The translations under genes were made by a program, and so were the position numbers. The notes under the pieces are model-generated. The model had not been told where the DNA came from, searched no databases, and saw nothing but the letters and a program-made list of their open reading frames with translations. A stretch of DNA of 64,000 nt from Utricularia gibba (taxonomy: Eukaryota; Plantae; Magnoliophyta), in assembly GCA_002189035.1 (NCBI GenBank), contig NEEC01000011.1:1674001-1738000 (forward strand), in the 5' to 3' direction. Below are positions 24,107 through 38,050 of the stretch, in pieces (the first letter of the stretch is position 1; every line of letters starts with the position of its first letter).

Positions 24107-26439
24107 TCATAAACTGCTTGTCGGGTGGGCAATTGTCTCGCTGAAGTTGGACATTGATGGAGGAGATGATGCTATGGCTGCCTTTCCGTTGATTTCGGGT
24201 GTTCCCCGATCCACTGCCACTTCACTGCCGGAGGCTTGCAGAAGCTGGCGATGGGATTGCAGAAGCTGTACCATGGGAATACCTTTTGATGTTAGTCATG
24301 AAGTAAAATGTGTCTCGCACTTGCAATCTGAGCCATTTATCAAATGAAAATAAACATATAAACTTGTGCGAATGTGGTAAAAGGAATCACCTCAATTTGT
24401 TGATGTAATAGTCTAATCTGCAGATCACGGATAGAATCTGATGTACTTCCAGGCCCCAGTTTCCCGATAGGGTTCAAGAGGTCTGAAGAGATGAGAGAGC
24501 CCAGAGGCAGCTCTGTGGATGTCACGTTTGTTTGTGCATCGCTCGGTTGACTGAATATGCATGGAACTAAGGCATATCCGGGAGAGCTGAAATAAGTACA
24601 GAAGCAATGTCAAGGTATTGCATTTCTCTTGTTTCACTCAGGGTCATGCATATAAATCAACTAGGGAAACATGCATATCAAAGAGACTATACTGCGAGCT
24701 AATAAATTAACCAAATAACACACAATGCGGCCTAATCAGGAAGCCTGTTGCAAAACTGAAACATTTTCTAGATGAATCAGGAAAATACCGCAATATCTTA
24801 TTCGGAGAGGGATAAACAAAGGACTTTTCATATATGGTAGCGGCAGAAGCAGCAGCTTGGATTCTAACTTCATGAGGAGTTGTCTTATGATTTAATGCAA
24901 CATCACCAATGGAGTCTTGAGAAGATGCACCAGGCGCAGCAGCGGTTCCTACAGTCATGGATGATGTTAAAAACTGAGATGAAGTACAAATTTGTATTCA
25001 TCATGGCGGAGTCTCGTTTTTAAGTTAACTGGAAAGGCAAGAGATCGGTCATGCAAATGTTGATCCCATGGCACAAAATACAATTTCCAATTCATCAATG
25101 CATTCGGTTGATTAAACAAATCACTTCTGTTATACCTTGCTCATTGCTTTCAGCCCCAACAGCAGGAGTTGACGTTGAGTGTTCAGGTGGTACAACGGGG
25201 GCTCTACATGTTGGGCATGTCGTTTGCCTTTCCAGCCAGGACCTTAGACAGTGAACATGGAAGAGATGACCACAGATAAGTTTCTTTGCCGTAGTCATCT
25301 CCTCTCGACATATGATACAAGTTGCATCATTTCTACAAAAGGAATCCACCATCAAAAAGTTAGTAACAGACACATAAGAGTTTCTCCAGATCAAATAAAA
25401 AACGCTTACGAATTAAGCTCTTCAGGTGTTGCATCTGGGAAACGGTCATTCATATTTGAAGTGATCTTTCGATAGCGTACATAATCAGAAATCCGTACTC
25501 TAAAATTATGGAAAGTCTCGTATAGCTCCCTGATTAAGTGAAGCGGGATACCATAGTTCCTGGAAGGAGAAATAACCGCAGAGTATTAACTCACCAACAA
25601 ACAATTTTTCAAAAAAACAAGCACAAAAAGTAAACAGAAGCTGGCTTACACGAATATCACAAAGAAGAAACACATGTACATTGTTAGGTGTAGTAAGTCA
25701 CGAATAAGTTCCAGATAGAAGGTATAGACAGCCTTCTTTTCCCATTGCCCTTCCATTAGCATGTCACCAATAAATAATCCGTACTTCACAAATGTTGCTA
25801 TCGTTGAAGTGGCCAGTATCATGTACCTACGAAGTAAAAAAACAAAGTTTAATAAGAACCCAATCTCAAATAAACCAAAAAAAAAGATGCACTTCAATGA
25901 GCTTACTCAAACGCGAAAAAGAGAGCCACTGATGCCTGTTTAGTTTCCATTAAAAACTTGACATAACTATAAAAAAAGAAACCATCAACAAGTAGAAGAA
26001 ACGCCATAAAGGACACAATACGCGCATGAGATAGCCTCGGAATCGCCGGAGTTGTTTCAATATACTCAACTCTCTTCTGGGAGAGCCAGTGCAAGGCCTT
26101 GATTAGGAGTAATGCCGTTATCATTGCCAGAAATGAAACAGAAAAATCTTGTCTAAAAATAGTTATAGCCAACAGGATTTCCATAACTTCTCGCCAGGAC
26201 TGCTCATTCAACCTCTCAACCTCTGCTTCTCGAAGTGTGCCAAGGAAGATCTTCTTAGTCAATTGCCAAAGAACGCACATAATAACCAAGCCCATATTCA
26301 GGAGGAGGACCAAACTGATCTTGGACGTTGATAAATAAACCATTGCTGGATAAAACTGTCTTCTAGTACTGAAAGCATGATAGATGATCCCCAGTGTAGC
26401 CACAATGCTAAGTGCAGCATAAGTCTGCAGCTTAATCAT
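24107..26439 (-). CDS. HRD1: ERAD E3 ubiquitin ligase HRD1 (RING-H2), 523 aa, 7 exons
   Basis: [41 protein letters not shown] and [32 protein letters not shown]. Exons 26439-25907, 25826-25650, 25559-25410, 25332-25136, 24948-24789, 24586-24391 and 24265-24107 sum to 1572 nt in frame. Confidence 0.95.
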
Positions 26440-27853
26440 TTTATTTCGTTTCCTGTTTATCACGACCAGATTATACCGAAGCAGGAAGTAAATAAAAACG
26501 CAATACGGTAGTTGCAGCTTCAGGAAGTAACCACAGTATTTACGCTGTCACCGCATAGGAATTCCAAAGGTCAACTACACAAAAGTCTTTTCTTGAACTG
26601 GACTGTGTCACCCACCTTTTTCAGTTTCAACTTCGAAAGAAACGAAATCAACCACGAAATCCAGCAAAAAGGATCTCTCAACATCATAATCCCATTTCTT
26701 CAAATCTGAAGGAAATAATCCAAACAGTCAATTCTAGGGTTGAGAGGGAACATGATCCAAGCGGAAGGGAGGGGGAATCCGTTCAGATTTAAGGAATAGG
26801 AACTCACTGGATAGCGACGGAGGAGGCGGAGCTCCAGAAAAGCGACGTCGCCGGAGTTGAGGCGGCAATTTCAAGGACACGACACGTGCACCGATGGGTT
26901 ACCATGGATCAAGTCAATAAAACTTTTCACTGGTCAAATACATTAAATTTGTTAAATAAAAGAAAATACAATAAATTAATTCCTGTTAAATTTGATTGAA
27001 AAGCCATAGCATGATGTTTTTAAAACAAGTTTTTCGACTCGCGAATTACGAATTCCTCCTTTGATCTCAAAAATGTGTTTTCAACATTTTAATTTAATGA
27101 TTAAATCATTCTCCTATGAAAGATTAGTCATTTTACTCTAATGAATTTGAAAAATAATCATCCTATTATTATTGTGTTTGAAAAATAACCATTTTATATA
27201 TAATTTTTTTATTTTAGTATGTAAGAGATAATGTTAATATGATTACTTTTAAAAAAACACCTCTTTTTCGATCGTGTTACTTTTCTTAGAAATCTGTGTA
27301 AGAAAAACGACGATAGCCACTGTTTTCTGCCATGTGGCGTCTCAAATTCGTTGATGGAGTCATTTGCATTAATTAATTGATTGAACTTGTAAAATACGGT
27401 TTTAACTAAATAATATCCTTCATGCTTTTCGTTAATTAATTGAACTTGTAAAATAATATTACAAACTAAATATGTAATAATTAATTTTAATTAACTAAAA
27501 AAGTGTATTAATAATTTATATAAAAATTCAACAAAATCAAACTTTTACATACATGCATCATCAAACATGTTTAGATTTTAAACCCCGAATAAATTATATA
27601 TAATTAAATCTAGATTAAACCAAAACCCACATACCAAACCCAAACCAACATACCAAACGTGCACTAACAGATCAAGTTCCATTAATCAATACGCTTCTGA
27701 AGAGGTTTAGCCTGGAAGATACGCATCAGCTGCATTTGAAAATGCCTCCTGGTTGCTGGGCAGATGAGGCATGAGCAATGCTGTTTCATTCTACTCATAA
27801 AACCTTTATTCTTCCGGATACAAAGGAAAAAAAGAAAAAAGAAACTTCCAAAC

Positions 27854-28941
27854 CTATGAATAAAACATGGGGGAGTTCATGGCGGAGCTCAACAAACCAG
27901 TCCAGTAATCGCCGTCTTCGTTGAGCTCCGCAACGTAATCGCGGCTGATGAAGTCCGAATCACCAGTCGGGTCGAAACCAGAGCAATTTTCCATGGAAGA
28001 TGGTGTCAAAATACTGCAATGAGCGCTAGAAACCACGTCGTTCGTGACCGCCGGAGCACCTTGTTTGGCATCCGGACTGTTGGAGGAAATGCTAAACGTC
28101 GCCGTCGGCGTGGGGCTGAAAAAGCTGTGACCAGAAGCCGTCGCTTTCCAAACATGAAGAACATCCAAACATCTCGGTATCGACGTCGCTGTCACCTCCG
28201 ATGACGGATTCAGTTGTGTTGTAGACTTCCATCGGAGCTGCAGCATGGACGAAAGCTCCGCTTCCCGAACAAGACGAGCCTCGGCTTCAAGCCGAGCCAT
28301 CTCCCATTGAGCCATGTGGCTCAACATGGCTACCCGACGCGACTGAACCGTCCCCCCGGCGGCGGTCTCCTTCGGCCGGTGAGTGACGGGGTCGATACCC
28401 ATTCGCGCCAACCGCTTCTTCAATCGAGTGTTCCAATAGTTCTTTATCTCGTTGTCCGTACGTCCCGGCAAGTACGCCGCGATCGTCGACCATCTACGTA
28501 AGTAACAAACTCCGTCAATCAATCAAACACGTAGTTTGCGCCACAGAAATCCAACATCGAAACCTAAATTATCATTTTCATTTCAAAATGTGAGACGTGA
28601 TTTTGAATAGTACCTATTTCCGAGGAGGGCATGGAGCCGGAGTATGGTTTTCTCCTCCTCCGCCGTGAGCTTTCCTCGGGTGATATCAGGCCTCAAGTAA
28701 TTTGCCCATCTCAGGCGACAGCTCTTTCCGCATCTTTGCAACCCTGAGTCTAAAGTAGTTTACAACGTGTGTGTGTCTAGTAAAAACAACGAAAGGAAGA
28801 CTAACCAGCTTTGGCGGGGAGGCTGCGCCAATTTCCGCCGCCGTGGAGGCGGATGTAATCGAGCAGCTTCCGGTCTTCTTCCTTGGTCCAGGGCCCTTTC
28901 CTTAGGGCCACGGCGGTTCTCTCCTCGCCGTTGGATTGCAT
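27854..28941 (-). CDS. R2R3-MYB, subgroup 9 (MIXTA/MYB16/MYB106-like), 301 aa
   Basis: [54 protein letters not shown] and the subgroup-9 motif [20 protein letters not shown]. Canonical 3-exon layout 28941-28806, 28743-28614 (130 nt), 28493-27854. Confidence 0.93.
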
Positions 28942-29206
28942 CCCGACTGCAGCCAGATGATCAGATGAAGTACTATTTACCACAGATAGATTGTTTATTT
29001 ATACAGAAGAGACAGACGTGGAAGGTGAAGTGAGAGAGATACGCATCTAACATACATACTGCTTACTGAAAAAGAACAACGTGGGACATGGACAATACAA
29101 CCGACGTGGGTCCCATAACGCCGGATTGTGGCGTCACCGGCGATTGAGATGTTTCGGACCGGCTGCTGCTTTTTAAATTCAGAACTTCTTGTCTCGGATT
29201 CCGGCC

Positions 29207-29239
29207 GGGGGGGGGGGGGGGGGGGGGAGCGGGGTGGGG
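29207..29239 (+). repeat. G21 homopolymer followed by GGGG-T-GGGG (G-quadruplex potential) upstream of the MYB
   Basis: 21 consecutive G at 29207-29227, then agcggggtgggg. Confidence 0.85.
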
Positions 29240-32200
29240 TTTGACCCACGCATGCGCCCGACGCCCTGTCCTTATGACCACTCGCCAATTTACTAGAATA
29301 AAGTCTCATTCAAAAAAAAATTATATTTTATAAAATGAATTACTTTGAAACAAAAACACGATATTTATTGTCATTTTTCTAAATATAAAATGATGTTCCA
29401 TTTTATTTTATGTAATTTTTTATAAACAAGTAAAAAATAGATACGTTCAATCTAAAAATAGATTTAATTAAAATTTTATTAATATTTATATAAAAATGTG
29501 ATTATAATTGAAAGTATGTTTGATAGATAAATTTTACAAATATATATTTAAAATTTTATTTAATTTGTATATATTTTTAGAATATAATAAAAAAATCACG
29601 CGTATATCAAAAAACAAGTCTACTAAATATACATAATTCTCAATAGACAGTGTATTTTAAAATTTCCATTTTCTTTCCAATGGTGCACCATATTTTAGAA
29701 TTATAGGCATGTGTACTCTTTATTACATTTTTGTGTCCATTTAAAAAAAAAGGAAAAAAATCTGGTTTTTGGCGCATTCATTTAATACCATGAGGTAACT
29801 GATAAGTGGGACCCCCACCTCCACGAATATTATAATCGAATCAGACATATTATTACGCATGGTGCTTCAGCCTGTCGGAATTTTCAAATGTCGTAAAATT
29901 TGCTCCTGTGGCCTTTCTCAATTGGCTGAAGGATTCTTTTTCTTTTTCTTTTTAATTTAATAAATAATTATAGGAAGTTAAAAAAAACATTGAAGCTATG
30001 TTCTACACATATTTTAATTCTCATTTTTTGAAATGAGAAATTAATAGTTTTTCAAAACAATGGGGTGCTGATTTTATTCATTCATGTAAAATACAATTGA
30101 AAGTTCATTTTTTATAGGATTTTAAAATATGCAAAATGTACCTAAAATTTTTAGCATTTCAAATATGTCTGTCATAAAAAAATTTTATATTGATTATAAA
30201 TATTTTCATCTGTCATAAAATATTTTTTTAAAAAAAAAAGAGTTATGTGAGGGAGAGCGAGGTAGTAAATGAGAATGTACGGATTGTGGCAACATGATGT
30301 GATCAATTCACTGCATGGCACTGCGGCCGTGCATGGGAAGGTGTCACAATACGAGGGGATGGATCATTTCTTGTTTTTCGATATTATAAAGTAATTTTTT
30401 TCTTTTTGGATAAAAAAATAAACGAATATTCAACATCCTTCATTTTAAAGGTAACACTTAAATTAAATTACACAAAGAAAATAGATCGAGTTTGCCCCAA
30501 CTTACGATTAATATAAAAAATTTAATTTTCAAATTTAAAAATTGTGTCATAGATAATTCAATTTTTTTTTGTAAACAATTTATTCTTTAATTTATTAAAT
30601 TACATATTTAATCCATCTATTAAAACTAATCAATGTTGATCATAACGTCATCATAACAATCCATTATACGATACTTAATATAAATATCATTATACGGGAT
30701 ACAAATATAATACAACCTTAACAAGAGTTTTATTTTATTTGTCGAACTTCAGACGCAAATACGAAAAACCGTAATGTGAAATCTTGTTGGGTTTCAAAAT
30801 CAGAATCCGTTTACGATGCTATTAGCCAGTTCAATTTTTAAAAATATTGAAAACCATTTAGATCTACATTACATGGTTTGACAACTTTGAGTGTTTTTTT
30901 TTTGTGGTAATTTTGAAATTGAAGAATTTATTTGTTTATACTAATTGAAAATTGAAGTATTTTTCTTAAAATTTTATCTAAAGAAATGAATATGCTAGTT
31001 TTATTTTTAGATTTAATCATGATTTTATATTGAATTTTTTAATAAATTGAATAGAATGGTTTATTAATTTCTAATCAATAAAATAGTAGAGTCAATTTGG
31101 TTCTTTTTCTTCAAAATTATTTTTCCATAAATGCTTATATATTTATTAACACTTAAACGATAAGAAATTGTTCATAATTAGTAATAATAATATTTGTAAA
31201 ACACTTTCTAGAAGAATAAATTATTTTACTCCAACAATGGCATTAAATGGTTTTGGTACTTGACATACCTTAAATAGATATCTTATTCTAATGCAAAAAC
31301 TATTGAATGGCGGTTATTATTATTATATATTTTTTAAGGCCACAATTTTTTTTATTAAAAAACCCCTCCCCATCTGTGGATTGTATTGACTATTGAACGC
31401 CCTCTTTAGTGATATTATTTCACTAACATTTATTGTTATTTTTATCACGAAAGTTATAACAAAAGTTAAAGAGATATTTCTAAATTTTAAATTTTATTTA
31501 AAGGATAAAAAAAGCTGCAACGCACGGATATGTATGTTTTGGAACGTATGCGGATGCGTACCCGAGACGCTACTATTATTAAAAAGTTTTAAAAAAAATT
31601 TATACTATCTGTTTTGTTACATATTTGACAATTTTAGAGTTACTTTTTAATTAAGAATATTTTATCTAATTTATTAGTTTCTGATTTTTAGTAATATATA
31701 TATTTTTTAAATTAATAAAATAATAAACTTTAAATTAATGTATTTTACTTGTTTCCTAATAGGATACTTTTAAATTTGTTGTATCCATATCTTCGTAGCC
31801 ATATCAGTATTGATGATGCACTTGGATCCGTTTTTTGTAGAAAAAAAAATGTATTTGGGCCTGAACCAATTATTTATATAAGATTCATCCAATAGTATGG
31901 GCGTTACTAGATGATTTAAATGGATCATGAAGTATGGGCATGTTTTTGGTCGCTTATTTGAGCCTGAGCCACATCTCGAGAAACGCCCATTGGGCCCAAT
32001 GATGATCAATCGTGTGACAGCTCACTCGCCGGTGTCCGCAAGTCAAAGCGTCCGGACTGCCGACACCGACACACTATACGGTGCATTCATGCGGACACGC
32101 GTGGGACACGCCAATGATTAATCCAGGAGATCCACCATAAACGCAATGTTACATGCATAATCATGTGTGAAATAGCGCAGGTGAAAATCCTGTTAATAAA

Positions 32201-32879
32201 TCAATAAATAAAACAAACTTTTAAAATCTTTTTTTAACAGTTTTACTGTTCAGTTAGAAACAGTTGGGAGATCCGACAGCCGCCCTAAGACACAATTGGT
32301 TAAAACTTATCTTGTTAAGACAAAAGAGGTAAGGAAGGAACGCAGCGAGGAACAACGTGGGCTAAGGTAAGTGCCTAACAGCTACTGAGACCGTACACTG
32401 TAACATCTAGATATGGCGAGGAGAGGAGAGACACTTCAGATCTAAATAGTGTGGCAGTGAAGTCCAGCTGATTTCCCATTTGTTGGTGGGCGATTCCGTA
32501 GCTCCGCTCCCTTGTCTGGGAGAATTCGCCTTTTCTTGCCCAAGTGTCAACTGTGAAGTAGCAGTGGAGGCTACCTTGAAGCTTCGATCTGGTATCGCGG
32601 CTTGGTATGGGGAAATGAGAGCTTTTTCTTGATGTTTTACTGTGTGTTAGGCTCGTTGCTGCGTAGATCTTTGTTTCTGCTTAGGTATGTTGAGGTTTGA
32701 GTTGCTGATGAATCTGGGTGTTAGTGATTTTGGATGCTTGTTGATTTCAAAGCTCTTTGCTTCTGCTTTGTGGATTGTTCCTAGTTAATGTATAAAAGGA
32801 AGATTACATAGAGGAAAAATGGGTGCACAGTTTAAGTTCTAAGATGGCACCTGATTGTCTTGCTTTCAGGAGGGGATCC

Positions 32880-35188
32880 ATGGCGAACAAGAGTCATGCT
32901 CCCGGTGGAAGTAGGACGAGGCGCTCCATATCCATACTCATGGTAGCTGGTTTGTGCTGCTTCTTCTACTTGCTTGGAGCATGGCAGAAAAGTGCAATGG
33001 GGAGAGGGGACAGCATTGCACTGGCTGTAACCAGGACTACTGAGAACTGCAACATCCCCCAAAATCTCAATTTCGAGACTCATCATGGAGGTGAAGCTGG
33101 GACAGTTGTTGATGATTCCGACACTGAAGTAGTTACTTACAAGCCATGTCACAAGCGCTACACGGATTACACGCCATGTCAGGATCAAAACCGGGCAATG
33201 ACTTTTCCAAGGGAGAACATGATTTACCGGGAGAGGCACTGTCCGCCTGAAGGGAAGAAGCTGCATTGCCTGATTCCTGCTCCAAAAGGGTATGTCACCC
33301 CATTTCCATGGCCAAAGAGTCGGGATTATGTCCCTTTTGCAAATGCTCCTTACAAGAGCTTGACTGTGGAGAAGGCTATCCAGAACTGGGTTCAGTACGA
33401 GGGGAACGTGTTTCGGTTTCCTGGGGGGGGAACACAGTTTCCTCAGGGTGCTGATAAGTACATTGAGCAGCTTGCTTCAGTCATACCAATTGCCAATGGA
33501 ACTGTCAGGACTGCTCTGGATACTGGCTGTGGGGTATGTCTAGAAGTTCATGTTTCCTGAATAATCAATCCACCTTAAATAAAATCATACCTTGGGGATG
33601 CTGGTTCAGGTTGCGAGCTGGGGTGCTTACCTATGGAAAAGAAATGTTATCGCAATGTCATTTGCACCGAGAGATTCACATGAAGCACAGGTGCAGTTTG
33701 CTCTTGAAAGGGGCGTACCTGCTGTGATCGGTGTCCTTGGAACCATAAAGATGCCATATCCATCTGCAGCATTCGACATGGCTCACTGCTCTCGCTGTCT
33801 AATACCTTGGGGTGCAAATGGTATGCTTTTTCCAAGTCTTCAACAATCTGCACATCTTTCTAAGTTGCTCTTGTGTTTGCATCACCGCCTGCGCAGATGG
33901 CCTGTACATGAAGGAAGTGGATCGCGTTCTCAGACCTGGCGGCTACTGGGTTCTTTCTGGTCCTCCCATCAACTGGAAAGCAAATTATGTGGCATGGAAA
34001 CGTCCGAAAGCGGATCTTGAGGAAGAACAGAGGAAGATAGAAGACATTGCCAAGCTTCTTTGCTGGAAGAAGATATCTGAGCTTGGTGAAATCGCCATAT
34101 GGCAGAAATCTGATGATGCTGAATCCTGCCGTGCTGCCCAGGAGAAGTCTGGTGTGGAGTATTGTCAATCTGAAGATACAGATGATGTCTGGTAAGGATC
34201 ACTCATCCCATTAGATGACTGCAGCATAACGATGAACAGATATTCTGGTTGTAATCAGGTACAAGAACATGGAACCATGCGTCACAACTGCAAACACCGG
34301 AGGTGCATCCCAGAGTATCATTCCTTTTCCAGAGAGGCTCTACGCTGTTCCACCAAGAATTGCTGCTAGCTCTGTTTCTGGAGTCTCAGTCAAGGAGTAC
34401 ACAGATGACAGTAAGAGATGGAAGAAGCATGTCAATGCCTACAGGAAGATCAATAAGCTTATTGACACAGGGAGGTACCGCAACATCATGGATATGAATG
34501 CAGGGCTTGGAGGGTTTGCTGCTGCTCTTCAGTCCCCCAAGCTGTGGGTCATGAATGTCGTTCCCACGATTGCAGAGAAGAGCACGCTCGGTGCTATCTA
34601 CGAAAGAGGGTTGATTGGTATTTATCACGACTGGTATGTTACAGCATCCCTGTGGTTTGTTTGTTGCGCACACGCTGGCCGTCCTAAGGAATGCACAAAA
34701 TGCAATGAGAATCAGCAAAAAAACAAGCTTATCAGTTGCTTCAAAACTGCTCACTTGGTGCTGAATGATGCATTCTTGTACAGGTGTGAAGCTTTTTCGA
34801 CATATCCCAGGACATACGACTTAATCCATGCCAACGGAGTCTTTAGCCTGTACAAGGACAAGTAAGCCTTCACCTTCTCCTTCCTGGCTCTGCACTAGAA
34901 GCACTTCATTAGCACACATGAAGCAAGACTCTTCCTGTGTTCATGTTTTTGACATGGCGCAGATGTGAATTCGAAGACATTTTACTGGAGATGGATCGAA
35001 TCCTGAGACCGGAAGGAGCCGTCATTTTCCGTGACCAAGTAGAGGTGCTAGTGAAGGTAAAGAAGATGATCGGAGGAATGAGATGGGATTCCAAGCTGAT
35101 CGACCATGAAGATGGCCCCTTTGTACCAGAGAAAATTCTGGTTGCTGTGAAGCAGTACTGGGTGGGCAATGCAACTTCTGCCCAGTGA
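32880..35188 (+). CDS. PMT2: Probable pectin/SAM-dependent methyltransferase PMT2-like (DUF248), 612 aa, 6 exons
   Basis: N-terminal signal anchor, [24 protein letters not shown]|[32 protein letters not shown] and [11 protein letters not shown]. Exons 32880-33533, 33610-33820, 33897-34191, 34259-34633, 34784-34861 and 34963-35188 (1839 nt). Confidence 0.95.
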
Positions 35189-35572
35189 GCAATTCTTTCA
35201 TCTTCCTACAACACAAAAAAGTCTTAAATTTTGTCGGGAAGGGGAAATTGGAGACTCACTCCCATGCACTATAAATTGTAGCTTGCTTTGCTTCACCACC
35301 GTCTGCATTTATCATTTGATGAATCTTCCATCCATCCTCATTCATCGATTCCATCACAAAAATTTTTATTTGATGTATAATCGATTAACTGATGAAACTA
35401 AAAATAGCAACGTAGAAACATGTTCTTGCCATTGAAAAAAAAAAAAAAGCGTAGAACCATGTTAGAATTCCAAAAAGGAGATCAGGTGAATAACATGCAT
35501 TTGAACTTGGTGTAAACAAGAGTACAACCGGAAACTGCATGCTGCTAAGGAACAAGTACCTGGTTGGTAGCT

Positions 35573-38050
35573 TCAGGCCAGGTACCGGTACAGTCGTCTG
35601 TCTGTGGTGTCGCGCTCCAAGAAATCTCGCTCAATGAGTGATTCGATACGCTTCTTTATCTGCACCGGGCTGGCAAGGAAGCGAGGTTGCAATTGTTGGG
35701 TCACCTCGGCAATGATGTTGTTATGATCCAGGATTCTCCTGGATTTCATGATTCTAACAATGGATGCTTCAATCTGAGGCTTTCTGTCCTCCTCTACCCT
35801 CTGCCGGGTCTCTTGCTTCTCTGGTTCGGATTCCCTTCGTGCAATCACAGTTCCTATTTTCACCTTACGAAGCTTGCTGGAAAACTTGTCGTTGACAGAG
35901 AGGACATCACTCTCAGCGATGTCTCTGCTCATGGGCTCTTTTCTCAGCACATTTTTCCCCTTCACACAAGCTAGAGATTGTAGGCATCTTTTCAAGTCAT
36001 TGGATGCGATTTCGGTGGCCTGCTCGATTTCCCGGTAGCTAAGAAAATCAGCACTGTTGAAGAGCATCAACACACACATCTGGTAAGTTGAGACATTCAG
36101 CTCATATTTCTGGTCAGTCGGGAATGATGCGTGTAAATCAGCGGTGCCCATGTTTGGTTGCCAGGACAGTCTCCTACCAGTATGCATACCAAGGTAGTGC
36201 GCCAGAAACTTCTCACATGGAAGAGACAATTCAGAAGGTATGTTGCATGTGACATTAGGCTGGGTTGGCCAGGAACCAGAGGTCAAAACCTGGACAACCA
36301 ATGTAGGTCCCTTTGCTAGTTCAGCACTGTAGGCAGCATAAAACCCTTGCATTGTATCCTGGGATGTCTTCATGTCTGTAAACATGCCCTCTAACTTTGA
36401 CGTAAACTGGTGACCACATTCAGTCTTCAGTTTAACAATCACACTTCTTTCCGCATCATCGGATACAGTTTTCCCAGACAAGAGTCTCTTTGCCAAGTGC
36501 TGTTTGTAGTATTTCTCGAAAACATCTTTCTCCTGAAGGTGTCGGAACAATGTCATTATATTTTCAAGAATAATCTCAATTTCTTCTTCTTTCACACCCT
36601 TCACCCTCTTCCTCAGCGTGTCATCAACAAACAAGGATATGTATTCGGGAGAACGAGCGTTTAAATTGATAAAATACTCGAAAGAAGAGTTCAGTGCATT
36701 CTGGAAGGTCTTATCATTCACAAATGCTGAGCTTATAATCTTATCATACTTGTCTCTTTTCTCAAGAAGGGACTCCACAAACTCCACTGGATTCTTCAAT
36801 TTCTCAGGATCCGTCACAAGTTGTCTGCCTGTGTCTCTAATGTGAGATGCCATTACATCTCTAATCGTAGATAAGCCATTAGGGACACGGCGGAACAAGT
36901 TGTACATCCTTCCCAAGTCTTCAACCTTATCATGCAGAAGCATTTCTACTAAACCTGAATTCTCCATGTGAACTAGCCTACTCATGTGGTTAGCAATCAA
37001 CTCTTTCTCCACTACATTAGTAATTTTGGATCCACTCCGTGCATCAAGGTACTGTGACACCCTCTCAATCTCTTCATTCAGACGTCCTTCTGCTTTCTTC
37101 AAGTACTCAATGCAATCACTGCACTCAATGAACTCCTGAGATTCAGACCTATAGAAATCAGCTGAGACTTCAAGGAATAGTTTCTCAAAATATACTTCGT
37201 AGACCAAAGGCCCCAAATCCATTAGCATTTTGATAATGCTTCTCATCAGCCCTCGGTTAATAACTTCACCATTACGCTCCCGAAACACCAACTCAAGAAT
37301 TGCGTTCTGCAGCCTGGGTTGAATTTTTTCTGAGTGAATTACATTGTCTCTCCACAGGTTAAGCCCAAGCTCATGCACCGGAGTCTTTCGTGTGCTAGTG
37401 ATGAAGGTTCGCTCCATATACATCAATATGTCACGAATCATCTGTAAAGCCTGATTATGATCAGTCCACTTTGCATTAAGCTCCTCCAAAAACGAACCAC
37501 CATGGGTGGCCTCCACTTGTTTGCACATTGTCTGAAGATGGAATGTCATCGTTGCCACCAAACCCGAATAAAGCTTCTCCCCGAACTTGTATAGCACCAT
37601 ATTATATGCATTTCTGGGTACAAAGGATACAATAACAAACTAAGCATCCATTTAACAGACTGAAATGACATGTTTTCTTGCACTTGTAGAGAAAACAGAA
37701 ACTGAACCAGCAATACGTTCCATCATCAGCACGAGTTTCTTCATTAAAACTACCAGTTTGAGATTAAATAAATTCTGACTAACAAATCCCTAGAGCTTTA
37801 AGGAATCATAACAACAAAACATAAAGGGCGATTTCCCACAGTCTCATAGGATAACCAAGATCGCTAAAACAAATCAAATCGCAAACCTGTAAAGTTCCTC
37901 GAAGCTGAGCCTACTGGCGTTATGGTTATAAATTTCGTGAATCGCATGCTCCAGAATCTTCCAAGTCATCTCGGCATACTTGGGATCCACCACCCCTTTG
38001 CGTTTGAACACCCCTATCTGAAAGCTCCTCTTCTCCTGTCCATTGCTCAT
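35573..38050 (-). CDS. CUL3: Cullin-3, 734 aa, 2 exons (sequence-divergent copy)
   Basis: LSFEELYR|NAYNMVL, EKDVFEKYYKQHLAKRLL, KLEGMFTDM and Nedd8 site IVRIMKSR..IESLIERDFLER. Exons 38050-37887 and 37613-35573 (2205 nt). Confidence 0.96.

Noticed and set aside
26860-26895. ERSE/UPRE in the HRD1 promoter
   Set aside because: gcaat-N8-cacg does not match CCAAT-N9/10-CACG; only a generic CACGTG is present.
28450-28472. miR858 target site in the MYB R3 exon
   Set aside because: About six mismatches or wobbles against the recalled miRNA, including the cleavage position.
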